From Chloroflexota bacterium (GTDB lineage Bacteria; Chloroflexota; Limnocylindria; Limnocylindrales; CSP1-4), in NCBI GenBank assembly GCA_015478725.1, contig JADMIG010000006.1, forward strand, positions 19,781 through 83,780: 64,000 nt of DNA, in the 5' to 3' direction. The notes below the pieces were generated by a model that was given only the letters and a program-made list of their open reading frames with translations, made no database searches and was not told the DNA's origin. Positions 35,518-45,775 of this stretch are shown here, piece by piece (positions within the stretch are counted from its first letter, which is position 1; each line of letters begins with the position of its first letter). The position numbers and the translations under genes are program-made.

Positions 35518-37334
35518 CCATGGGGTCCGGACGGACCGACGCGGCGCCTGCCGGCCCGAGTGGCCGGCGGGCGTTCGTCGACCCGGACCTCGGGCCCATC
35601 GCGCGCATCTCCCGAAGTCGGGTCCTCGGTCGCATCGGGCGGCTCGGCCTGCCGATCGCGCTCTGGTTCGCCATCGGGGCGCTCCTCGTCGTCCCGATGG
35701 CGGCATTCCTCGTGCAGGCGTTCTCGCCCCGCCTCTTCGGGACCGGTCCTGAGTGGTTCACCCTGGCCAACATCGAGCACGCGTTCGGGGCGACCACCGT
35801 CGTCGGCCTCGTCGACTCGCTCGTCGTCAGCGTCGCGACGTCGCTGATCGCCGTCGTTGTCGGCGGTCTCCTCGCCTGGGGGGTCCACCGCACGGACCTG
35901 CCGGGCCGACGCCTCTGGCCGGTCCTCGTCTGGGTCCTCCTCCTCATCCCCTCCTTCCTCGTCGCCCAAGGCTGGGAGTACCTCCTTCAGCCGGGTGGCG
36001 TCCTCTCCCAGTTCGGACTCGATACATCCGCCCTGTTCACCGCCTTCTACGGGCCACTCGGCGTCGTCTTCGTCCTGTCCATGACCGCCCTCCCGTTCGC
36101 CTACATCACGATCTCGGCTGCGCTCCTCAACCTCGGCTCGGAGTTCGAGGAGGCGGCCCGGGTCCACGGCGCGGGACCCGTCGGGACGGCCCGGATCATG
36201 ATTCCGATCCTCGCCCCAGGCCTCCTCTCCGCGGCGGCGATCGTGTTCGCCGAGACGATGAGCGACTTCGGCGTGGCGTCCACACTGGCGGCCAGCGCCC
36301 ACTTCCCGGTCGCCACGTACGTCCTCTTCGAGGCGATCAACAACAATCCCGCGGATTTCGGGCTCGCCGCCGCGATCGGCTGGCTCCTCGTCGCGAGCGC
36401 GGCAATCCCGATCCTCGTCCAGGCATGGGCACTGCGAGGCCGGACGTTCGCCGTGGTCTCGGGTCGGACACGGATCCCGGCCCGGACCCGCCTCCGGCCC
36501 ACCACCAGAACCATCGCCACGATCGCAACGGCGGTCCTCTTCGTCATCGCCCTCGGCGCTCCCGTCCTGGGGGCCGTCGTCGCGTCATTGCTCAAGGACT
36601 TCGGCACGAGCTTCTCGTTCCAGGCGCTGACCTTCGAAAGCTATCGCCAGGTCCTGGCCGGCGATCTCGGTCTCGCCGACCCGCTCATCTTCTCGACGAG
36701 CCTCGCGGTGATCGCGGCGGTCGTCACGGTGGTGCTCGGTCTCGCCGTGGCGCGCCTGCTCACGTCGCGCGGCGGCGGGCGGGTGGGCCGGATCACCGAC
36801 CTCGTGCTGCTCGGGTCCGTCGCCCTGCCGGGGATCGTCCTCGCCGCCGGGTACATCTTCGCCTACAACCTGCCGGGCCTGACGAACCTTGGCCTCGATC
36901 TGTACGAGACGACGCCGCTCCTCATCATGGGCTACGTCGCGACCGCGCTCCCGCAACAGGCACGCCTCATGGTCGGGCCGGTCTCCCAGCTCCAGGAGTC
37001 GCTCGTTCTCGCAGCACGAGTCCACGGCAGCTCCGCGCTCGCGGCATGGGGTCGGACCGTCGTCCCGGTCCTCTCGCGGGTCCTCCTCTGGGGCGCCCTG
37101 CTGACCTTCGCCAAGACCCTCCTCGAGCTGCCGGTCTCGCAGCTCCTCTATCCGCCCGGATCGCGGCCGGTCTCGGTGGCGATCAACTTATACGTCTCCG
37201 GACTCCACTACGACACGGGCACCGCGATGACGGTCGTCGCCCTCGTCGAGGAGTTCGCGGTCATCGTGATCGCCCTCGGCCTGTTCCGACTCCTCGCCCC
37301 GCGCGGATGGCGCCGCGGCCTCGGTCCCACCTGA
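35514..37334 (+). CDS. two-domain ABC permease (FbpB/ThiP-like, 12 TM)
   Basis: Two BPD_transp_1 halves. The start overlaps the SBP stop (ATGA). Confidence 0.85.
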   Translation: MTMGSGRTDAAPAGPSGRRAFVDPDLGPIARISRSRVLGRIGRLGLPIALWFAIGALLVVPMAAFLVQAFSPRLFGTGPEWFTLANIEHAFGATTVVGLVDSLVVSVATSLIAVVVGGLLAWGVHRTDLPGRRLWPVLVWVLLLIPSFLVAQGWEYLLQPGGVLSQFGLDTSALFTAFYGPLGVVFVLSMTALPFAYITISAALLNLGSEFEEAARVHGAGPVGTARIMIPILAPGLLSAAAIVFAETMSDFGVASTLAASAHFPVATYVLFEAINNNPADFGLAAAIGWLLVASAAIPILVQAWALRGRTFAVVSGRTRIPARTRLRPTTRTIATIATAVLFVIALGAPVLGAVVASLLKDFGTSFSFQALTFESYRQVLAGDLGLADPLIFSTSLAVIAAVVTVVLGLAVARLLTSRGGGRVGRITDLVLLGSVALPGIVLAAGYIFAYNLPGLTNLGLDLYETTPLLIMGYVATALPQQARLMVGPVSQLQESLVLAARVHGSSALAAWGRTVVPVLSRVLLWGALLTFAKTLLELPVSQLLYPPGSRPVSVAINLYVSGLHYDTGTAMTVVALVEEFAVIVIALGLFRLLAPRGWRRGLGPT

Positions 37335-38548
37335 TGCAGTTCAGGCGGAGCGCCGGAGACCCGACGGGCCTGCAGCGGCACGATCCGCCGGCGGTCAGTG
37401 TGGAGCGCGTGACGAAGCGGTTCGGATCGAAGGTCGCGCTCGACAGCGTGACCGTGGACGTGCCGCCGGGCGCCTTCCTCGTGCTCCTCGGCCCGTCAGG
37501 CTCAGGAAAGACGACGCTCCTCCGCTGCGTCGCGGGGATCGAGCGACTCGACAGCGGCACGATCGCCATCGGCGGCCGGATCGTCGCGGACAGGGTCCGG
37601 CACGCGCCCCCGGAGCGGCGCGATCTCTCGATGGTCTTCCAGGACTACGCCCTGTGGCCGCACCTGACCGCGGTCGAGAACGTTCGCTTCGCGCTCCGGC
37701 GGCGGCGCCTTGCGACGGCCGATGCGGCACGGCGGGCGAACGAGATGCTCGAGCGGGTCGGTCTGGCCGGGCTCGCCGGACGGTACCCGAACGAGCTCTC
37801 CGGCGGCGAGCAGCAGCGAGTGGCCCTCGCGCGCGCGCTCGCCGCGAACACCGGCCTCCTCCTCTTCGACGAGCCGCTCTCGAACCTCGACGCCAACCTC
37901 CGGGAGCAACTCCGGGTCGAGATCTCGACGCTCGCTCGCGACGCCAACGCCACTTCCATCTACATCACCCACGACCAGAGCGAGGCGTTCGCGCTGGCCG
38001 ACGTCGTCGGCGTGCTGCACGGCGGGCGTCTCGTCCAGCTCGGCGCGCCGCAGGACATCTACTCACGGCCGGCGACGACGTTCGTCGCCCGGTTCACGGG
38101 ACTCGCCGGTGAGGTCGCAGTCGTCGTCGTCGGGGTGGACGGCGGCGGCGCGCCGCTCGTGAGGATCGCCGCGAGCGAGGGCCCGCCGATCAGTGCGCGC
38201 GCGACCGCGCCGGCGGCGACGGATGCGGCGGGCCGACTTCTCGTTCGACCGTCGGCGGTCCGTCTCGGACCGCCGAGCGAGGCGTGCGAGGCGGGCGACG
38301 GCCTCCGGGGCCGGGTCGCCGACGTCGCGTTTCGCGGTCGTGGCTACGATCACGCCGTCGTCCTCGCGAACGGGACGCGCCTCGTCGGCATCCACGACGA
38401 GCGTCCGTGGAACCGGGGCGACGAGGTCGCCGTGACCTTCGATCGAGCCGGCTGCTTCTTCTTCGCCGCCGGCTCCGACCCGGCGATGACACCGGACCAG
38501 TCCGTCCAGGCGAGCGCAGGGGCGGTGGTGCCTGCCCCCTCCCTCTGA
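37335..38548 (+). CDS. ABC transporter ATP-binding protein (FbpC/PotA-like with C-terminal TOBE-like domain)
   Basis: [35 protein letters not shown]; a C-terminal regulatory domain. It starts right after the permease stop. Confidence 0.85.
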
Positions 38549-38598
38549 CGCTCGACCGGAGCGCGGCCCCTGAGACAGCCCGGGCCCACAGCCCGCGC

Positions 38599-39561
38599 TT
38601 ACCCGAACCTGACGAGAGCGAGCGTCCCCACGACGACGCAGTAGATGGCGAACGGGGTCAGCGTGCGGGTCGTGAAATAGCGGGTGAGGAATCGGACTGA
38701 CAGGTAGGCGGCGATGCCCGCCGCGACACTGCCGGCGAGGATCTGGGTCCGCACGCCGTCGCCGTTCGGGCCGATGAGATCCGGCAGCTTGTAGACGCCG
38801 GCGGCGAGGATGATCGGTGTCGCGAGGAGGAACGAGAACCGGGCCGCATCCTCGTGATCGAGGCCGCGGACGAGGCCGGCGACCATGGTGATGCCGGACC
38901 GGCTGATCCCGGCGAGGAGCGCGAACGTCTGGGCGCAACCCACGATGACCGCGACGGGAAACCCGAGGGCACCGAGCCGTCGCTCGGCGGCCTCCTCGTC
39001 CGCGGACGCGCGCGCCGCCGACGATGCCGGACGCACTGCCGCCGATCCGGTCCGGGACGTCGGCGATGCGGCCCGGATCGCGCCTCGCGGCACGGCCATG
39101 TCGCGCCCCGAGGCTCGTCGCCTGAGCCACTCCCCGGCGGCGAGGATGATGCCGTTGACGACGAGGAACCCGGCCGCGAACAGCGGCGTCGCGAAGACGA
39201 CGCGGAACGTGTGCTCGAAGATGAGCCCGGCAAGCCCGGCCGGGATCGTCGCGACCACGAGGAGCCAGCCGAGCCGCGCCTCCGGCGTCTCGATCCGCCG
39301 GTCACGGAGCGAGCCGAGAACGCCGCCGACGATCCGGATCCACGTCCGCCGGTAGAAGATGAGGAGCGCGGTCGCGGTCGCGACATGGAGGCCGACGAGG
39401 AAGGCGAGGAAGTACGACTCCTTGGCGGATTGAGCAGCGACGACGTCCGTCCAGCCGAGGAGCTGCGGCAGGATGACCGAGTGCCCGAGGCTCGAGACCG
39501 GGAACAGCTCCGTGACCCCCTGGAGGAGGCCGAGGATGATCGCCTGGGGAAAGGTCAGCAC
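38599..39561 (-). CDS. uppP: undecaprenyl-diphosphate phosphatase
   Basis: GLLQGVTELFPVSSLGHS N-terminal motif and the C-terminal PxSRSGxT-like region. It contains a roughly 45-aa Ala/Ser/Arg-rich insertion. Confidence 0.85.
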   Translation of the reverse strand: MLTFPQAIILGLLQGVTELFPVSSLGHSVILPQLLGWTDVVAAQSAKESYFLAFLVGLHVATATALLIFYRRTWIRIVGGVLGSLRDRRIETPEARLGWLLVVATIPAGLAGLIFEHTFRVVFATPLFAAGFLVVNGIILAAGEWLRRRASGRDMAVPRGAIRAASPTSRTGSAAVRPASSAARASADEEAAERRLGALGFPVAVIVGCAQTFALLAGISRSGITMVAGLVRGLDHEDAARFSFLLATPIILAAGVYKLPDLIGPNGDGVRTQILAGSVAAGIAAYLSVRFLTRYFTTRTLTPFAIYCVVVGTLALVRFG

Positions 39562-40006
39562 GGATCACTCCTGAGATCGTCGGCGATTCGTTCGGCCGAT
39601 GGCCGGGAGAGCCTATCGCATGCGGACGGAGGAGCCCCGAATATCCCCGAGACGTCGCGGACCGCGGGGCGCCCGTGCGCGCGGGGTGCGGGGCGTCCGT
39701 ACGCGTGGACTGCGGGTGTGTCGGGTACGCGCGGGGTGCGTCATGTGCGCGATGTGTCGGCCTCGCGGCCGTGTCCGGGTGCCCGGCCGTGCGCGCTCTG
39801 ATCCATCCCCGGTCGGATCTGGCCTCGCACGCCCCGGCTGCTCGACGTTACGACGCACCGGGCGCGTAAGCGACGCTGCCGAGCCACGCCCAAGGCTGCG
39901 GGCAGTCGCCCAGCCGAGCGCGCCGGAACGCCCGGACCGCGCTCATGGCGAGAGCCGGCCGGCGCCTGCGATGGCACCGGCCGGCCCGGAGTGAGGTGGG
40001 AGGGTG

Positions 40007-40354
40007 TTACTGCTGGACGTTGGACTGGAAGTCGACGTTCTGGCCGCCGATGTCCGTGTGGCCGCCGGGGCCGTCCGTCTCGATGCCGGCCTTCGCCGCC
40101 GTCTCGGTGGCTGACTCTGCGGCGATCGTCGTCGACTCGGTGGCCGACTCAGCGGCGACTCCGGGCACGGTGACGTCCGGGGTCAGCTGATCGCCGAGCT
40201 GGCCCGTGCCGCCCGTCTGGGTGCTCGGTCCGACGACCGTCACGTTCGGCGTCGGGGATGGGGTGGGGTTGCCGGCGAACGCGATCCCGCCTCCGGAAAT
40301 CAGGAGGACGGCGGTTGCGGCGAGCGCCGGGGCGCGAAATCGATCGAGCTTCAT
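40007..40354 (-). CDS. small secreted repeat protein (signal peptide; AAESATE repeats)
   Basis: The N-terminal MKLDRFRAPALAATAVLLISGGGIAFA is a signal peptide. The mature part is Thr/Gly/Pro-rich with an AAESATESTTIAAESATE duplication. It is divergent from the two-component genes. Confidence 0.5.
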   Translation of the reverse strand: MKLDRFRAPALAATAVLLISGGGIAFAGNPTPSPTPNVTVVGPSTQTGGTGQLGDQLTPDVTVPGVAAESATESTTIAAESATETAAKAGIETDGPGGHTDIGGQNVDFQSNVQQ

Positions 40355-40490
40355 GGTGGATGCTCCACTTCGACGACCGGGGCATCTGCCCGATCTGGAG
40401 GTAGCCTGCTCCCCGGGTCGTGAGCGTTCGGTTAATCGGGAGCGGCCACCGATTCACGATCGATTCACATGAAGGGTGGATGATGACGTC

Positions 40491-41195
40491 ATGAAGATCC
40501 TCATGCTCGAGGATGACCAGCGCCTTCGATCGGTCGTCGTCCGCGGACTCCATCGCGCCGGTCACTCCGTCGAGGTCGCGGGCACCCTCGAGGAAGCGCG
40601 CTGGTTCCTCTCGGAAACGACCTCCGACGTCCTCATCCTCGACGTCATGCTGCCGGACGGCGACGGGTTCGGCCTGTGCGCCGAGCTTCGTGCCAAGGGC
40701 GACTGGACGCCCGTCCTCATGCTCACGGCGCGGGACGCGGTCACGGACCGGGTACGCGGCCTCGACGTGGGTGCGGACGACTATCTCGTCAAGCCGTTCG
40801 CATTCGCGGAGCTCGAGGCGCGCCTCCGGGCGCTCGACCGTCGCGGCACGAGCGAGCGTCCGCCGACGCTCATCGTCGGGACCCTCGAGCTTGATCCGGC
40901 GAGCCACCGGGCGACCCTGGGATCGCGGCGACTCGAGCTGACCGGACGGCAGTTCTCGCTGCTCGAGTTCTTCGCCCGGCGGGCGGACCAGGTCCTCCCC
41001 CGCTCCACGATCCTCGACCAGGTCTGGGACTGGGCCTTCGATGGCGACCCCCGGATCGTCGATGTGTACGTCCGCGCCCTCCGCCAGGCCCTGTCGTCCG
41101 GCCCGGGGGACCCGTCCATCGAGACGATCCGCGGCGTCGGATACACACTCCGCCCCGGCGGTCCCGCCGCCGAGCGCGAGCCCGCGCCATCGTGA
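40491..41195 (+). CDS. OmpR-family response regulator
   Basis: Receiver domain (MKILMLEDD..D..LMLTAR..K) plus a winged-helix trans_reg_C (RGVGYTL). Confidence 0.9.
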   Translation: MKILMLEDDQRLRSVVVRGLHRAGHSVEVAGTLEEARWFLSETTSDVLILDVMLPDGDGFGLCAELRAKGDWTPVLMLTARDAVTDRVRGLDVGADDYLVKPFAFAELEARLRALDRRGTSERPPTLIVGTLELDPASHRATLGSRRLELTGRQFSLLEFFARRADQVLPRSTILDQVWDWAFDGDPRIVDVYVRALRQALSSGPGDPSIETIRGVGYTLRPGGPAAEREPAPS

Positions 41196-41196
41196 C

Positions 41197-42579
41197 GTGA
41201 CGATCAGGGCGCGGCTCGCCGCGACCTACGCCGTGGGGCTCGTCATCACCGTCGCAGTGGTCGGCGCCCTCGTCTGGTGGCAGATGGACGGTGCGCTTCG
41301 AGCGTCGCTCGGGATGACCATCCAGACTCGCGCCGACGCCGTCCTCACCGCCGTCGAGAACGCCGGCCAGTCGGGACTCCAGAACACCGATCAGGCCGCC
41401 CCAGGCGTGTTCGCCGCACTCTTCTCACCGGCCGGAGTGCGTCTTGATGCAAGCGCGGACACGCCGCCAGGCATCCTCCCAGTGGCGGGCGTCCAGCAGC
41501 TCGGCGGCCGGCAGTATCTCGTCCTGACCACGATCGCCCAGGATGGGACGATCATCGTGACCGGCGCGGACCTCCGATCGATCTCCGATGCCGAGGCCGC
41601 GCTGGCCCGCGTGCTGGTCGGGGCGGGAGCGGCGACCGGAGCCGCGTCCGTGCTCGTGGCCTGGCTCCTCGCGCGGCGGGCGCTGCGACCGATCGACCGC
41701 CTCATCGAGTCCGCCTCCTCCCTCGGCCCGGACGATCTCACGCGGCGGCTCGACGCCCCGGACCGGGCGGACGAGGTGGGCCAGCTCACCGTCACCCTCA
41801 ACGGGATGCTCGACCGGATCGCTGAGTCCGTCGAGCGCCAGCGGCTGTTCGTCGCCATGGCGTCACATGAGCTGCGCACCCCGCTCGCCTCTCTTCGGGT
41901 GGAGCTCGATCTCGTCGATCGGGACGATGCCACGCCGGACGAGCTCCGCGACGCGCTCCGCCAGGCGCGGGGTGACGCGATCCGGCTCAGCGGTCTCTCG
42001 ACGAGCCTGCTCGAGCTCGCCGCCGTCGGCGTGGACGCGCGGGCGCTCGTCCTCGCGCCGGTCCGTGTCAACGAGCTGCTCCTCGGCGTCGTCCGAGGGC
42101 TGGACGGCCTCGCCCGTCAGCGGAGCGTCGAGGTCACCGTGGATGCGCCCGACGTCGTCGCCCGGGTCGACCGGACGAGGATCGAGCACGCCGTCGGCAA
42201 TCTCATCGCCAACGCGATCGTCCACGGCGGCAGCGGTGGCAGCGTCGAGGTCCACTGCCGCATCGAACCGGCGGCAATGGACAGGAGCCTCGTCGTGGAG
42301 GTCCTCGATCGCGGACCCGGCGTTGGGAGCGCACCGATCAGCGCCCTGTTCGAGCCGTTCCAGCAGGGTGCCGGGGGCCGGCATCGCGGCGCCGGGCTCG
42401 GCCTGGCGACCGTCGCGAGCGCGATCACGGCCCACGGCGGCACGTTCGGTGCGGCGAATCGCGACGGTGGAGGCGCGCGCTTCTGGTTCGCCGTGCCATT
42501 CAGCGACGCCGACCGGCCGGTCCCCGATCCGGTCCCTGAAGCCGCTCCCGGACCGGCGCCGCGATCGGCCCCCCGCTGA
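41197..42579 (+). CDS. sensor histidine kinase (2 TM, HAMP, HisKA, HATPase_c)
   Basis: GTG start 2 nt after the response-regulator stop. H-box SHELRTPL, N/G boxes (NLIANAIVHG, GxGLGL). Confidence 0.85.
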   Translation: MTIRARLAATYAVGLVITVAVVGALVWWQMDGALRASLGMTIQTRADAVLTAVENAGQSGLQNTDQAAPGVFAALFSPAGVRLDASADTPPGILPVAGVQQLGGRQYLVLTTIAQDGTIIVTGADLRSISDAEAALARVLVGAGAATGAASVLVAWLLARRALRPIDRLIESASSLGPDDLTRRLDAPDRADEVGQLTVTLNGMLDRIAESVERQRLFVAMASHELRTPLASLRVELDLVDRDDATPDELRDALRQARGDAIRLSGLSTSLLELAAVGVDARALVLAPVRVNELLLGVVRGLDGLARQRSVEVTVDAPDVVARVDRTRIEHAVGNLIANAIVHGGSGGSVEVHCRIEPAAMDRSLVVEVLDRGPGVGSAPISALFEPFQQGAGGRHRGAGLGLATVASAITAHGGTFGAANRDGGGARFWFAVPFSDADRPVPDPVPEAAPGPAPRSAPR

Positions 42580-42588
42580 CGGGACGCG

Positions 42589-43581
42589 TCAGGCGCGCGA
42601 GCGCTGGGCGAGGACGAACAGGGCGACCATCGATGGAACGACCAGGACGGCGCCGACGAGCAGGCTGATGAGGAGCGCGGTGAGGGTCGCCGGCGGGCCG
42701 GCCGCTTGGTCGATCGTCAACGAGCCCACGAGCAGATACGGGTACTGGGCCACCGCCCAGCCCCACAGAACCGCACCGACCGCGAGGCCGGCGGTGCCGC
42801 GGGCGAGGGCGAACCGGCGCCGTGCGAGGAGTGCGAGCGACGCGATCCCGGTAACGGCGGAAAGCACGACGAGCGGGAGCGCGCCGGCGGTCAGACCGGC
42901 GAACAGCGTGGGCGCATCGGCGTGGATGACGACGATGCCGAGGAGGGCGCCGGTGCCCACCGTCAGGCCGCTCGCGAGCGCCCGTCCCCGGAACGCCTCG
43001 ACGAGCGCGGCGTCGCCGGTCCGTCGAGCATCCGAGGTGAGGTAGACCGCCGCCAGAAACGCGCACAGGCCGACCGCGAGGACGCCGCCGAGCACGGACG
43101 TCGGGTTGAGCCAGCTGCCGATCGGATCGCCGGCCGCATTGCCGGGCGGCACCCGGCCCGATGCGACACCTCCCGCGATCGCCCCGAGGAAGAACGGTGT
43201 GACGATCGATGAAAGCCCGAAGATCATCCCGAAGCGGCGCCGCAGATCGGGATCCGCGACGGACTTCCGGAACGCGAACCCGGAGCCGCGGAGGATGATC
43301 CCGATGGCGACGAGCGTGAGCGGGATGTAGAGGGTCGACGCGACCGCGGCGAAGACCACCGGGAACGCGGTCCAGACCACGACGATGGCGAAGATGAGCC
43401 AGACATGGTTCGCCTCCCACACCGGGCCGATCGTGTCCTCGATGAGGTCACGGATCGCGGCGCCCTGACGGCGGCCGGCCGTCAGGTCCCAGAAACCGGC
43501 CCCGAAGTCGGCGCCACCGAACAGCGCATACGCCGTGAGGCCGGCCCAGGTGAGGAACAGGATGGCGTCGGCCGTGGTCAT
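42589..43581 (-). CDS. cydB: cytochrome bd ubiquinol oxidase subunit II
   Basis: Internal start MTTADAILFLTWAGLTAYALFGGADFGAGFW (CydB N-terminal signature). ATGA overlap with cydA. The ORF-track 5' extension of 96 aa is Arg/Pro-rich shadow. Confidence 0.85.
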   Translation of the reverse strand: MTTADAILFLTWAGLTAYALFGGADFGAGFWDLTAGRRQGAAIRDLIEDTIGPVWEANHVWLIFAIVVVWTAFPVVFAAVASTLYIPLTLVAIGIILRGSGFAFRKSVADPDLRRRFGMIFGLSSIVTPFFLGAIAGGVASGRVPPGNAAGDPIGSWLNPTSVLGGVLAVGLCAFLAAVYLTSDARRTGDAALVEAFRGRALASGLTVGTGALLGIVVIHADAPTLFAGLTAGALPLVVLSAVTGIASLALLARRRFALARGTAGLAVGAVLWGWAVAQYPYLLVGSLTIDQAAGPPATLTALLISLLVGAVLVVPSMVALFVLAQRSRA

Positions 43582-44915
43582 GACGGGGGGCCGTCCTCCG
43601 GCATCGCGGCGAGGGTCCGGCGGAGGACGAGGATCGTGCCGGCCGTGAGGGCGAGGTAGACGCCGATGAGGGTGAAGAACCCGATCGGGAGCCCGCGCGC
43701 CGCGGTCACCGCGTCCTCCACCCGCATGACCCGGTAGACGATCCACGGCTGACGACCGAGCTCGGTGACCATCCATCCGGCCTCCATCGCGACGACGGCG
43801 CCCGGGCCGGCCGCGATGGCGGCGAGGATGAACCGTCTCGAGCGCGGCATGTCCCGGCGTCGCCACCACGACCAGGCGAGCCAGGCTCCGAGGGCGAGGA
43901 GGCCGAAGCCGATGGCGACCATCACCTGGAAGGCGAGGTGGACCGGCAGGACCGGCGGCCGGTCAGCAGCCGGAACGGTGTCGAGGCCGACGACGAGGGC
44001 GTTCGGGTCGCGGAACGCGAGGAGCGACAGCCCGTCCGGGATCTGGAGGGCAAAGTGCATCGCGCCGTCCACCGGGATCCCGCCGATCGAGAGCGGGGCC
44101 CCCCGCTGCGACTGGTAGAGGCCCTCGATCGCGGCGAGCTTGATCGGCTGGTTCGTGGCGAGGAACTGGGCCGCCGCATCGCCGACGACGATCTGGGCCG
44201 GGGTGAGGATCGCGCCGAGGGAGAACGCGATGAGGAACCCCGTCCGATGGAGCTGCGAGGCCGGGTTCCGGCGGAGCCCCCAGGCGTGGGCCGCCGCCAC
44301 GCCGAACCCACTCACCATGAACGCGGCGAGGATCATGTGGGTCGTCTCGACCGGCGTCGCCGGGTTGAGGATCGCAGCCCACGGGTCCACGCCGCTGACG
44401 ACCCCGTTCGTCAGCGTGAAGCCGACCGGCTGATTGAGCCAGGCATTCGCGGTCACGACGAACCACGCCGAGGCGATCCCGCCCACGACGACCGGCAGGC
44501 CGGTGAGGAGATGGACGGTCGGCGGCAGGCGATCCCAGCCATACAGGTAGATGCCGATGAAAATCGCCTCGATGAAGAACGCGATGCCCTCGATCGCGAA
44601 CGGCAGGCCGAGGACGGAGCCGAAGGTTGCCATGAGGCGCGGCCAGAGGATCCCCATCTCGAACGAGAGGATCGTCCCGGACACCGCGCCCACGGCGAAG
44701 AGGATGCCGAGGATCTTGGCCCAGCGGTGGGCGAGCGCGTCGTAGACCGCGCCGCCGCCATGTCGGCTGCGGTACTCGGCGATGAGAACGAGCGTCGGGA
44801 AGCCCACGCCGAAGCAGGCGATGACGATGTGCCAGGCGAGGGAGAGCGCCATCTGGGCCCGGGCCGCCCAGAGATCCGGCTGGTCGACCGCGCTGAAGAC
44901 GTCGATGGCGTTCAT
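43578..44915 (-). CDS. cydA: cytochrome bd ubiquinol oxidase subunit I
   Basis: 445 aa, Q-loop, with the conserved His/Met heme-ligand context and GRQPW near the C-terminus. Confidence 0.9.
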   Translation of the reverse strand: MNAIDVFSAVDQPDLWAARAQMALSLAWHIVIACFGVGFPTLVLIAEYRSRHGGGAVYDALAHRWAKILGILFAVGAVSGTILSFEMGILWPRLMATFGSVLGLPFAIEGIAFFIEAIFIGIYLYGWDRLPPTVHLLTGLPVVVGGIASAWFVVTANAWLNQPVGFTLTNGVVSGVDPWAAILNPATPVETTHMILAAFMVSGFGVAAAHAWGLRRNPASQLHRTGFLIAFSLGAILTPAQIVVGDAAAQFLATNQPIKLAAIEGLYQSQRGAPLSIGGIPVDGAMHFALQIPDGLSLLAFRDPNALVVGLDTVPAADRPPVLPVHLAFQVMVAIGFGLLALGAWLAWSWWRRRDMPRSRRFILAAIAAGPGAVVAMEAGWMVTELGRQPWIVYRVMRVEDAVTAARGLPIGFFTLIGVYLALTAGTILVLRRTLAAMPEDGPPS

Positions 44916-44941
44916 CGCTCTCGAGCTCCGTTTCTGGGACG

Positions 44942-45775
44942 ATGCCAGCCTACACCGCGCTCGCCGTCACCGCCGTGAGGTCCGCCCGCTCCATGCCGCC
45001 CGCTGCCGCCGAGCCGACCGCGCGCGAGCGGCTGGCCGCGCTTCACCCACCGGCGGCGGATCCGTACCGCCGGCTCAACCCGCTCACCCAGGTCGTCGTC
45101 GCCGTCGGCGGATTCGCTGCCGCCCTTCTCGCCCCGACCCTGCTCGGTCCGCTGGTCGGCATCGTCGTGGTCGCCATGCTCGCGTCGCTCGCGGGTGCCG
45201 CCGGGCCGGTGAGACGGGCTGGCGCGATCTCGGGCCTAGTCGTCGGAGGGGTCGTGGCGGTCGTCGACGTCCTCTCCGGTCACGATGTGTCGACGATCGC
45301 CGGAGGACCGCTCGACGCAGGGCTACGCGGCGCGCTGGCCGGGATGAGCCTGCGTCTGTGGACCTCGACCGTCGACCTGCCGGCCCTTCGGCTCGATCTG
45401 GAGCGGCGGGGACTCCCCCATCGGGTCGCCGTCGGCCTCGTGGGGGTCCTCGGGGCGGGACCCGGCCTCGCCGAGCGGCTCGACGCGGTGACGGCCGCGC
45501 AGCAGGCCCGCGGATACGAGCGCTCCGGCGGTCGGCTCGGCGCCCTCGGTCGCGTCCCGGCGCGGGCGCCGATCCTTTTGCCGGCACTCGTCTCGACGCT
45601 GGCGAACCTCACCGAGCGGAGTCTCGCTCTCGAGTCGCGGGCGATCGGGCGGCCCGGTCGGCGGGCCACGCTCTGGACGCCCGCCGATCCGCTGGCCGAA
45701 CGCCTCCTCCGCTGGGCGATCGTCGTCGCGGGCGCCATCGGGATCGTCGTCCGGCTCCTCGGGATCGTGCGCTGA
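44942..45775 (+). CDS. ecfT: ECF transporter transmembrane (T) component (EcfT/CbiQ family)
   Basis: 277 aa, about 5 TM, with C-terminal ARG-containing coupling helices (ALESRAIGRP...). Confidence 0.75.
   Translation: MPAYTALAVTAVRSARSMPPAAAEPTARERLAALHPPAADPYRRLNPLTQVVVAVGGFAAALLAPTLLGPLVGIVVVAMLASLAGAAGPVRRAGAISGLVVGGVVAVVDVLSGHDVSTIAGGPLDAGLRGALAGMSLRLWTSTVDLPALRLDLERRGLPHRVAVGLVGVLGAGPGLAERLDAVTAAQQARGYERSGGRLGALGRVPARAPILLPALVSTLANLTERSLALESRAIGRPGRRATLWTPADPLAERLLRWAIVVAGAIGIVVRLLGIVR

Noticed and set aside
35753-37334. N-terminal 530 aa of the 931-aa ORF 35753..38548
   Set aside because: Arg/Pro/Gly shadow of the permease gene. The real ATPase starts at ATG 37335.
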